Both the position numbers and the translations under genes were made by a program. A stretch of 64,000 bases of DNA from Eledone cirrhosa (lineage: Eukaryota): NCBI GenBank assembly GCA_964016885.1, contig CAXHJY010000080.1:62001-126000 (forward strand). The letters are read 5' to 3'. Below are positions 12,701 through 24,700 of this stretch, piece after piece (position 1 is the stretch's first letter; the number at the start of each line of letters is the position of its first letter). The notes under the pieces were generated by a model. It made no database searches and was not told the origin of the DNA. It saw nothing but the letters and a program-made list of their open reading frames with translations.

Positions 12701-15700
12701 ATCATCACCACTTATATTGTAATTTATTCTTATTCATTATCTCTGTACATGTTCGCTTTTTCATTTTTGTGTTGACAGTTTACCACTTTCTTTCTTAGCT
12801 TTCAGATGTTACCTAAACGAGAAATCCTTGGCTTTAACAAGAAAACATATGTATGATACTACAGAAATGTCTAATAAACTATAACAATTATTTATAACAA
12901 TTATTTATCAAACACTTTCAATACTAACAGAGATGATGTTCATTTCAGTTGAAATTTGTTATTGTCTATGTGTTATTACTTGGCAGTTATTGAAACATCA
13001 GTTAAAATGATTTGTGGTATTCGTTCCAACTGTCTGTACTTTGAGAGTAAATACCACTGACTTCAACTTTGCCTTTCATCCATTTTAGGATGATCAATTA
13101 CCTGTCTAATCTGGACTTCATTCTCTCTCTCTCGCTCTCATACATTCATATTACTGTGTGCCTTCACATTGTCATTTGTAATTTATTATGATGCATTGTA
13201 GGTGAACAAACTTTTATTTTGTTGTTAACCTCGTTACATTCGTTCGTTTTCTCAATTTTACCGACAACTTTTAAAGGGATTTATTTTCAAAATCTCACTC
13301 TAAGTATCATTGTTTAATCTCTTTATGTTGTATTGAACAACATTATTGTATCTCAGCAGTGGCTGATGAGGATCTGCTCTCAATTCTTGTACTGTTAGCC
13401 AGATATTATACATGTACTGTATTTTTTAAGGTAATTGAGTTTTTTCCAGTGGAAACTTCTCTGCATCAATTTTCTTTTGTATGTGGTAACTTGACTCTTT
13501 CCAATATAATATAGTTCCTGGTGTTGTCTTTTAAGGTGTTTGTGATGATGTGGCCTTTTAAGGTGTTTGTGATGAGTTTTAGGTATCTCACCTTGAAAAC
13601 ATACAGCTGTTTTCTTTTTTTTTTACATGTTTGTTGTATAATGTGCAAACATCTGATGTACACAATATGGGGGTTGGGTTAAACTATCATTTTAAATATT
13701 TGTACTTTACTTTGGATTCTAATGAGCTTCTTATTTCACAATAGCTCACCCATCCATCTCAATGCCAAATTGGCCTTATATTTCCAGCAAAATACATATA
13801 TATATACGTATCTATATGAGAGAGAGAGTGAGAAAGAGAGATAGAGAGAGAGATGTTTTATTGCTGAAACTTCTTTTCAACAGCCTGTTTGACCAACATA
13901 AAAGACACTGCATAGTTTGGATATGGTGCAGCATATGACATTGTTGTACTTGCAGGCAGTATTTAGTATTGGTATTTCTAAAAGACTTTCATTTTAAAAT
14001 ATTTGCAATGATTTGCACAAAGATATGTTAAAATTTTATAAATATTTCTGACATATTCAGAATACCAAGTATCTAGTCTACAACAAAATTGATTTAATGT
14101 CATAAAATTAGACAAATATGGAAATATCATAAATAATGTATATTTAATTGAATGTCAAAACTTAACTTTACAAAATGGTTTGTTTTCACATGCATCAAGA
14201 ATTACAGTAAACTCATCTTGCCTGAGCCAGCCATTGTTCAATAGTAGACAATTGACATACACATGAATAGTTAGCATTTACATTACTCTATATTTACTAT
14301 TGTGGTTTCATGGTCAACACTTTATTTCACATAATTATCTCACATAATATCTAATCTATAAGATTTTGATATTGTTTATTTTGAGAATTATACCTTAACA
14401 TAAATATGAGCAGCCAGTTATGGCCTATTTGAAACAGGTGAGGGAATTCTGGCTGGATGTGGCTGATTTATAAGGGTTAAATAAACAAAGAACATACCTA
14501 ATGCATTCCAGAAAAATGTATAAAGCTAAATCTTTCTATCTTAAAAGTAATATATGCTCTTGATGGTTATCTTAATTATAAATAGTATATTTCTTAAAGG
14601 AATATGCTAGTGATGCAATATAGTCTTCAAAATATCTAGTTTGATAAACCGCAATCAAAATATATCTATTCTAACATAATCTTTGGGAAATTGATATGAA
14701 GGTATAAGGAAAACATATATATATATGCATATATACATATATATGTGAGTGTGTGTGTGTGTTTCATAAGCACATGGCTATTGATGGATTGGACATCACT
14801 CAGTTGTTTCAACTTACTACAATAAATATTAATTTTATTTCTCGCAGTTGTTGAAAACACTCCAGCACCTTTCATTACGACGACACCTAAGGGTAAGAAA
14901 TTTGTACTTCACATATTCTTCTATATACTTCTACACATGTCAGATTATTTAGGTGAAATAATTTTAATTATCAGAAGAAAATTCAGTGCTTTCTTCTAGA
15001 GATCTCTGTATGTAGTTCTGTCATGTGTATATGTTATGTTTTTGGTGTGTTTATTGTTTAATTATGATATCAGTAAAATAAAATTCAATATATTTGTCTT
15101 CATAAGTAGTCATGTCTTTCGTCTCTGAGATATGTGTTTAGTGTATTTTCTATCTTGTTCATACCTGTCCCCAAGATAACATCTTGAAATATTTCCAATA
15201 GATTGTTTAATGTTTGATATCCTCACACTCTAGTCTCCTCATATATTGTCTGTAATTTTATGTAGTGTCGTTTAATGTTGTCACCTGTCACCATATTGGT
15301 TAGTGTTTTGTTGTAGAATATTCTAGTAATGAATAAAACAATATTACATTATTATGTGTATATATATTCCAACATAAATATTGTGTTAATCCTTATTTGA
15401 TAATGTGAAATATTTTTGTCAAGTATTCATTGTGTAAAAGATAATACATTGCTATGCTCTAGTTTATAGAGTGTTAAGTGGAAATAGGATTTCAATGTTT
15501 TGATGTATCCATACTTTCTTAACTGTTATGTACTGTATCAATACAATGTACATGTAATGTAACATATTGTTCTGTTATGTCACTCAGTCTATGTTAAAAG
15601 ATAATGTTAGATTTATCTATCAGCCACTCTACATTATTCTATTAGTTAAAAACTTATCATAATGTTCTCCAGGTGGCTGCGGCAATACAAAATCTGACAT

Positions 15701-18700
15701 CATCTTCATTTTGGATTCCTCAACTAGTGTCCAAGCAGAAAATTTTCAGAAAATGCTCGATTTTGTAGTTGACTTTGTCTCTGCTGCTGATATTGACAGT
15801 GGCAATGTTAGAATCGGTGCAGTACTCTACAGTACAAATGTGAAAATACAATTCCATTTAAATGATTTCCAAAGTAAACAACAAATGATCAATGCAGTTG
15901 GTGAAATTGCCTATGTTTATGGTAGTACAAACACTTATGGTGGACTAAACACAATGAGGACAGTAATGTTTACAAGAGAGAATGGTGACAGGCCATCTGT
16001 TGACAATATTGCCATACTTCTTACTGATGGTGTATCAAATATCAATTCATATCAGACTATTCCAGAAGCAGTGAAAGTTAGAGAAGATGGCATCCATATA
16101 TATGCTATAGGTATTGGTCTAACTGATACTACAGAATTGAGCAAGATTTCATCACTTCCTGTCAGTGAAAATATGTTTGTTGTCACTGACTTCAACGAAT
16201 TATCGAATCTCAAGGAAAGAATCTTTGAACAATATTGCCCAGGTATAGCAATTAGCATGTGATAACAAAGTGATACTGTACTTGATACTATTACTAATAT
16301 CCAATCCCTCAGGCAATTAATATTCTAAAGATATATCATTTATCAATATTGCTTACTGCCATTATATAAAATATCAGCTTTATTAAATATCTAAGTCAGC
16401 TTTTACAATTCCTGCAGTTAACAGTTCTAATAATATCAGTAAATATCCCATGTCATTGCGCTACATACCTTTCCCTTCCACCTTCTATAATGTATGTTAT
16501 CCTATGATAACTCCTATTGCTTTATTAACAATGACTCATCCATGCGATATCTGTTTGTCAGTTAGAATCAAATAACTGAAATTATATCTACCTTCTTTTT
16601 TAATATTATTTATTATCAAGGTTGAAATATTCTGTACAATCTCTACAGTATATTTATATTCTAGTGATAACATTCCATATAACATTGACCTTCCAAATAT
16701 ATAACATTGATTATGAACTAATTTTTAATGACCCAATACTCTGGCTGTGTATTAGTTTTACTGTTTCATTCTACAATTATTTCTCTTATAATTAACAGAT
16801 TATTTTCTTCAATAAGTCGTTGTATTTCTAGAATCTTTGAATGATTCATATTAATAAAAACTAATGGAGACTAGCTTGCTGTACACTCAATCTTCACAAT
16901 TACCAGCATTTATTGATGTAATTACTCTGTATTTAACACAGCTAATATCTCTGGTTTAAAACCTAGACATAAATTCCTAATATATACCAATAAGTCATAG
17001 ATCCTTTACTATATGTGAAGATAATCTACCAATATTCTTTATAATGCTTCTACAAAATATGATGCCATAACTGTTATGACAATACCTGCAGCATGTAATT
17101 CTGATAACGTCTACCAATATACTGAATTAGTGTATAATATATCTTATTTGCTTCATGTCATTCTAGTGGAATTTTTGTTTATAAAATATAAAATTTCACT
17201 GTTGCCATATCTTCAGCTTTATGCATGTGTGAATTATTGTAAATAATAGAAACTGTATTTCTGTATAAATGTGTAGATTAATTGATAACCAGTGATTATG
17301 TAACGTTTGTGATATTCTGGAAAGGTAACTGTGATATGAATGGAAGGCTGAATAATACTTTTCTTGTGACAAACTCTAACTTTCAGATATTCTTGTGACA
17401 AACTGTGACTTTCACACAAATACTGATAGATTTATTACAGAACAACACTTATAATATATAGAACACATTACATAACAATTATTTCAATATCATCACTGGA
17501 ATATTAATTAGTTATTCACAGTCAGCTATTGGAGATTAAACAGAAATATATATAGTAACATATTTCAAAATATCAACATTTATATATTCTTATGAATATA
17601 TAAATTATATTTCAATATTTCAGATTATCTATCAATGTCTTACTAACAGATTTCACATCATATCTTTAAACTTACAACAATATTTTATTTCTCGCAGTTG
17701 TTGAAAAAACGCCAGCACCTGCTATTACATTACCAACTAAGGGTAAGGCCCTTGTACTCCTCAACATACTCTTTTATGTTATATTGATATCTTTATGTCT
17801 GTTAATCATAGCTACCTCTTTCTTTGTCAATCTCTTATTTCTATATATAAACATTCATTGATCTGTCAGATGTTGTCAATATAATTCAGTAAATTATACT
17901 GTCTATCAGTAAAGTTCAATATATTTATCTATAGATGTAGTTATATCTTTTGTCTCTGTGATATATGATTGGTATGTTTTCTATATTTGTTATTTCTAAG
18001 ATACCATCTTGAAATATTTCTTATTATTTGTTTGATCTCCTGACAATGTAGTTTCCTCATATGTGGTCTGTAGTTTCATGTTGTGTTGTTTATTTGGAAT
18101 ATTGTTTTATGTAGAGTTGTTATTGTTTTGTTGTAGTGTTTTGGTAACAATTCAAACCATATCTTGTTATGTGAAGTTATATCTTACCTTAATAAGTTGA
18201 TTTCTATATTGATATATTGTTTTTGTTGATTCTTTGTTATGTGACTGTATATCCCTATGTACCAGTTGATGGTTTGTTATGTATCAGAATATATAGTTAT
18301 GTTGTAATATTATTTCAATATTACCATGTCACCATCTTAACCGTTCAGTACTGTATCAATACAATGTACATGTAATGTAACATATTGTTCTGTTATGTCA
18401 CTCAGTCTATGTTAAAAGATAATGTTAGATTTATCTATCAGCCACTCTACATTATTCTATTAGTTAAAAACTTATTATAATGTTCTCCAGGTGGCTGCGG
18501 CAATACAAAATCTGACATCATCTTCATTTTGGATTCCTCAACTAGTGTCCAAGCAGAAAATTTTCAGAAAATGCTCGATTTTGTAGTTGACTTTGTCTCT
18601 GCTGCTGATATTGACAGTGGCAATGTTAGAATCGGTGCAGTACTCTACAGTACAGATGTGAAAATACAATTTCATTTAAATGATTTCCAAAGTAAACAAC

Positions 18701-21700
18701 AAATGATCATGGCAGTTGGTGAAATTGCCTATGTTTATGGTAGTACAAACACTTATGGTGGACTAAACACAATGAGGACAGTAATGTTTACAAGAGAGAA
18801 TGGTGACAGGCCATCTGTTGACAATATTGCCATACTTCTTACTGATGGTGTATCAAATATCAATTCATATCAGACTATTCCAGAAGCAGTGAAAGTTAGA
18901 GAAGATGGCATCCATATATATGCTATAGGTATTGGTCTAACTGATACTACAGAATTGAGCAAGATTTCATCACTTCCTGTCAGTGAAAATATGTTTGTTG
19001 TCACTGATTTCAACGAATTATCGAATCTCAAGGAAAGAATCTTTGAACAATATTGCCCAGGTATAGCAATTAGCATGTGATAACAAAGTGATACTGTACT
19101 TGATACTATTACTAATATCCAATCCCTCAGTCATTTATCAATATTGCTTACTGCCATTATATAAAATATCAGCTTTATTAAATATCTAAGTCAGCTTTTA
19201 CAATTCCTGCAGTTAACAGTTCTAATAATATCAGTAAATATCCCATGTCATTGCGCTACATACCTTTCCCTTCCACCTTCTATAATGTATGTTATCCTAT
19301 GATAACTCCTATTGCTTTATTAACAATGACTCATCCATGCGATATCTGTTTGTCAGTTAGAATCAAATAACTGAAATTATATCTACCTTCTTTTTTAATA
19401 TTATTTATTATCAAGGTTGAAATATTCTGTACAATCTCTACAGTATATTTATATTCTAGTGATAACATTCCATATAACATTGACCTTCCAAATATATAAC
19501 ATTGATTATGAACTAATTTTTAATGACCCAATACTCTGGCTGTGTATTAGTTTTACTGTTTCATTCTACAATTATTTCTCTTATAATTAACAGATTATTT
19601 TCTTCAATAAGTCGTTATATTTCTAGAATCTTAGAATGATTCATATTAATAAAAACTAATGGAGACAAGATTGCTGTACACTCAATCTTCACAATTACCA
19701 GCATTTATTGATGTAATTACTCTGTATTTAACACAGCTAATATCTCTGCTTTAAAACCTAGACATAAATTCCTAATATATACCATTAAGTCATAGATCCT
19801 TTACTATATGTGAAGATAATCTACCAATATTCTTTATAATGCTTCTACAAAATATGATGCCATAACTGTTATGACAATACCTGCAGCATGTAATTGTGAT
19901 AACGTCTACCAATATACTGAATTAGTGTATAATATATCTTATTTGCTTCATGTCATTCTAGTGGAATTTTTGTTTATAAAATATAAAATTTCACTGTTGC
20001 CATATCTTCAGCTTTATGCATGTGTGAATTATTGTAAATAATAGAAACTGTATTTCTGTATAAATGAGTAGAATCATTGATAACCAGTGATTATGTAACT
20101 TTTGTGATATACTGGAAAGGTAACTGTGATATGAATGGAAGGCTGAATAATACTTTTCTTGTGACAAACTCTAACTTTCAGATGTTCTTGTGACAAACTG
20201 TGACTTTCACACAAATACTAATAGATTTATTACAGAACAACACTTATAATATATAGAACACATTACATAACAATTATTTCAATATTATCACTGGAATATT
20301 AATTAGTTATTCACAGTCAGCTATTGGAGATTAAACAGAAATATATATATATATAGTAACATATTTCAAAATATCAACATTTACATATTCTTATGAATAT
20401 ATAAAATATATTTCAATATTTCAGATTATCTAGCAATGTCTTACTAACAGATTTCACATCATATCTTTAAACTTACAACAATATTTTATTTCTCGCAGTT
20501 GTTGAAAAAACTCCAGCACCTGCTATTACATTACCAACTAAGGGTAAGGCCCTTGTACTCCTCAACATACTCTTTTATGTTATATTGATATCTTTATGTC
20601 TATGTTAATCATAGCTACCTCTTTCTTTGTCAATCTCTTATTTCTATATATAAACATTCATTGATCTGTCAGATGTTGTCAATATAATTCAGTAAATTAT
20701 ACTGTCTATCAGTAAAGTTCAATATATTTATCTATAGATGTAGTTATATCTTTTGTCTCTGTGATATATGTTTGGTATGTTTTCTATATTTGTTATTTCT
20801 AAGATACCATCTTGAAATATTTCTTATTATTTGTTTGATCTTCTGACAATGTAGTCTCCTCATATGTGGTCTGTAGTTTCATGTTGTGTTGTTTATTTGG
20901 AATATTGTTTTATGTAGAGTTGTTATTGTTTTGTTGTAGTCTTTTGATAACAATTCAAACCATATCTTGTTATGTGAAGTTATATCTTACCTTAATAAGT
21001 TGATTTCTATATTGATATATTGTTTTTGTTGATTCTTTGTTATGTGACAGTATATCCCTATGTACCAGTTGATGGTTTGTTATGTATCAGAATATATAGT
21101 TATGTTGTAATATTATTTCAATATTACCCTGTCACCATCTTAACTGTTATGTACTGTATCAATACAATGTACATGTAATGTAACATATTGTTCTGTTATG
21201 TCACTCAGTCTATGTTAAAAGATAATGTTAGATTTATCTATCAGCCACTCTACATTATTCTATTAGTTAAAAACTTATTATAATGTTCTCCAGGTGGCTG
21301 CGGCAATACAAAATCTGACATCATCTTCATTTTGGATTCCTCAACTAGTGTTCAAGCAGAAAATTTTCAGAAAATGCTCGATTTTGTAGTTGACTTTGTC
21401 TCTGCTGCTGATATTGACAGTGGCAATGTTAGAATCGGTGCAGTACTCTACAGTACAGATGTGAAAATACAATTCCATTTAAATGATTTCCAAAGTAAAC
21501 AACAAATGATCAAGGCAGTTGGTGAAATTGCCTATGTTTATGGTAGTACAAACACTTATGGTGGACTAAACACAATGAGGACAGTAATGTTTACAAGAGA
21601 GAATGGTGACAGGCCATCTGTTGACAATATTGCCATACTTCTTACTGATGGTGTATCAAATATCAATTCATATCAGACTATTCCAGAAGCAGTGAAAGTT

Positions 21701-24700
21701 AGAGAAGATGGCATCCATATATATGCTATAGGTATTGGTCTAACTGATACTACAGAATTGAGCAAGATTTCATCACTTCCTGTCAGTGAAAATATGTTTG
21801 TTGTCACTGATTTCAACGAATTATCGAATCTCAAGGAAAGAATCTTTGAACAATATTGCCCAGGTATAGCAATTAGCATGTGATAACAAAGTGATACTGT
21901 ACTTGATACTATTACTAATATCCAATCCCTCAGTCATTTATCAATATTGCTTACTGCCATTATATAAAATATCAGCTTTATTAAATATCTAAGTCAGCTT
22001 TTACAATTCCTGCAGTTAACAGTTCTAATAATATCAGTAAATATCCCATGTCATTGCGCTACATACCTTTCCCTTCCACCTTCTATAATGTATGTTATCC
22101 TATGATAACTCCTATTGCTTTATTAACAATGACTCATCCATGCGATATCTGTTTGTCAGTTAGAATCAAATAACTGAAATTATATCTACCTTCTTTTTTA
22201 ATATTATTTATTATCAAGGTTGAAATATTCTGTACAATCTCTACAGTATATTTATATTCTAGTGATAACATTCCATATAACATTGACCTTCCAAATATAT
22301 AACATTGATTATGAACTAATTTTTAATGACCCAATACTCTGGCTGTGTATTAGTTTTACTGTTTCATTCTACAATTATTTCTCTTATAATTAACAGATTA
22401 TTTTCTTCAATAAGTCGTTGTATTTCTAGAATCTTTGAATGATTCATATTAATAAAAACTAATGGAGACTAGCTTGCTGTACACTCAATCTTCACAATTA
22501 CCAGCATTTATTGATGTAATTACTCTGTATTTAACACAGCTAATATCTCTGGTTTAAAACCTAGACATAAATTCCTAATATATACCAATAAGTCATAGAT
22601 CCTTTACTATATGTGAAGATAATCTACCAATATTCTTTATAATGCTTCTACAAAATATGATGCCATAACTGTTATGACAATACCTGCAGCATGTAATTCT
22701 GATAACGTCTACCAATATACTGAATTAGTGTATAATATATCTTATTTGCTTCATGTCATTCTAGTGGAATTTTTGTTTATAAAATATAAAATTTCACTGT
22801 TGCCATATCTTCAGCTTTATGCATGTGTGAATTATTGTAAATAATAGAAACTGTATTTCTGTATAAATGTGTAGATTAATTGATAACCAGTGATTATGTA
22901 ACGTTTGTGATATTCTGGAAAGGTAACTGTGATATGAATGGAAGGCTGAATAATACTTTTCTTGTGACAAACTCTAACTTTCAGATATTCTTGTGACAAA
23001 CTGTGACTTTCACACAAATACTGATAGATTTATTACAGAACAACACTTATAATATATAGAACACATTACATAACAATTATTTCAATATCATCACTGGAAT
23101 ATTAATTAGTTATTCACAGTCAGCTATTGGAGATTAAACAGAAATATATATAGTAACATATTTCAAAATATCAACATTTATATATTCTTATGAATATATA
23201 AATTATATTTCAATATTTCAGATTATCTATCAATGTCTTACTAACAGATTTCACATCATATCTTTAAACTTACAACAATATTTTATTTCTCGCAGTTGTT
23301 GAAAAAACGCCAGCACCTGCTATTACATTACCAACTAAGGGTAAGGCCCTTGTACTCCTCAACATACTCTTTTATGTTATATTGATATCTTTATGTCTAT
23401 GTTAATCATAGCTACCTCTTTCTTTGTCAATCTCTTATTTCTATATATAAACATTCATTGATCTGTCAGATGTTGTCAATATAATTCAGTAAATTATACT
23501 GTCTATCAGTAAAGTTCAATATATTTATCTATAGATGTAGTTATATCTTTTGTCTCTGTGATATATGATTGGTATGTTTTCTATATTTGTTATTTCTAAG
23601 ATACCATCTTGAAATATTTCTTATTATTTGTTTGATCTCCTGACAATGTAGTTTCCTCATATGTGGTCTGTAGTTTCATGTTGTGTTGTTTATTTGGAAT
23701 ATTGTTTTATGTAGAGTTGTTATTGTTTTGTTGTAGTGTTTTGGTAACAATTCAAACCATATCTTGTTATGTGAAGTTATATCTTACCTTAATAAGTTGA
23801 TTTCTATATTGATATATTGTTTTTGTTGATTCTTTGTTATGTGACTGTATATCCCTATGTACCAGTTGATGGTTTGTTATGTATCAGAATATATAGTTAT
23901 GTTGTAATATTATTTCAATATTACCATGTCACCATCTTAACCGTTCAGTACTGTATCAATACAATGTACATGTAATGTAACATATTGTTCTGTTATGTCA
24001 CTCAGTCTATGTTAAAAGATAATGTTAGATTTATCTATCAGCCACTCTACATTATTCTATTAGTTAAAAACTTATTATAATGTTCTCCAGGTGGCTGCGG
24101 CAATACAAAATCTGACATCATCTTCATTTTGGATTCCTCAACTAGTGTCCAAGCAGAAAATTTTCAGAAAATGCTCGATTTTGTAGTTGACTTTGTCTCT
24201 GCTGCTGATATTGACAGTGGCAATGTTAGAATCGGTGCAGTACTCTACAGTACAGATGTGAAAATACAATTTCATTTAAATGATTTCCAAAGTAAACAAC
24301 AAATGATCATGGCAGTTGGTGAAATTGCCTATGTTTATGGTAGTACAAACACTTATGGTGGACTAAACACAATGAGGACAGTAATGTTTACAAGAGAGAA
24401 TGGTGACAGGCCATCTGTTGACAATATTGCCATACTTCTTACTGATGGTGTATCAAATATCAATTCATATCAGACTATTCCAGAAGCAGTGAAAGTTAGA
24501 GAAGATGGCATCCATATATATGCTATAGGTATTGGTCTAACTGATACTACAGAATTGAGCAAGATTTCATCACTTCCTGTCAGTGAAAATATGTTTGTTG
24601 TCACTGATTTCAACGAATTATCGAATCTCAAGGAAAGAATCTTTGAACAATATTGCCCAGGTATAGCAATTAGCATGTGATAACAAAGTCATACTGTACT

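Noticed and set aside
12806-12850. Possible 45-bp exon after a strong pyrimidine tract (ctttcag|atgttacc...catat|gtatga)
   Set aside because: It is open in phase 0 but hits TAA at the fourth codon in the gene's phase 1. The donor is weak and the peptide is not linker-like.
14271-14480. Possible degraded TTAA-type MITE ending ...taagggttaa, reminiscent of repeats I recall from octopus DNA
   Set aside because: The left terminal inverted repeat is not recognisable. The resemblance is from memory only and needs a Dfam or genome BLAST.
16418-16575. Possible cryptic exon after attcctgcag in the B intron
   Set aside because: I found no convincing phase-compatible donor before the in-frame stop, and there is no similarity to the other linkers.
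17056-17094. 39-bp linker-like stretch (YDAITVMTIPAA) before gtaatt in the B intron
   Set aside because: It has no AG acceptor (ctacaa) and low similarity to the real linkers.
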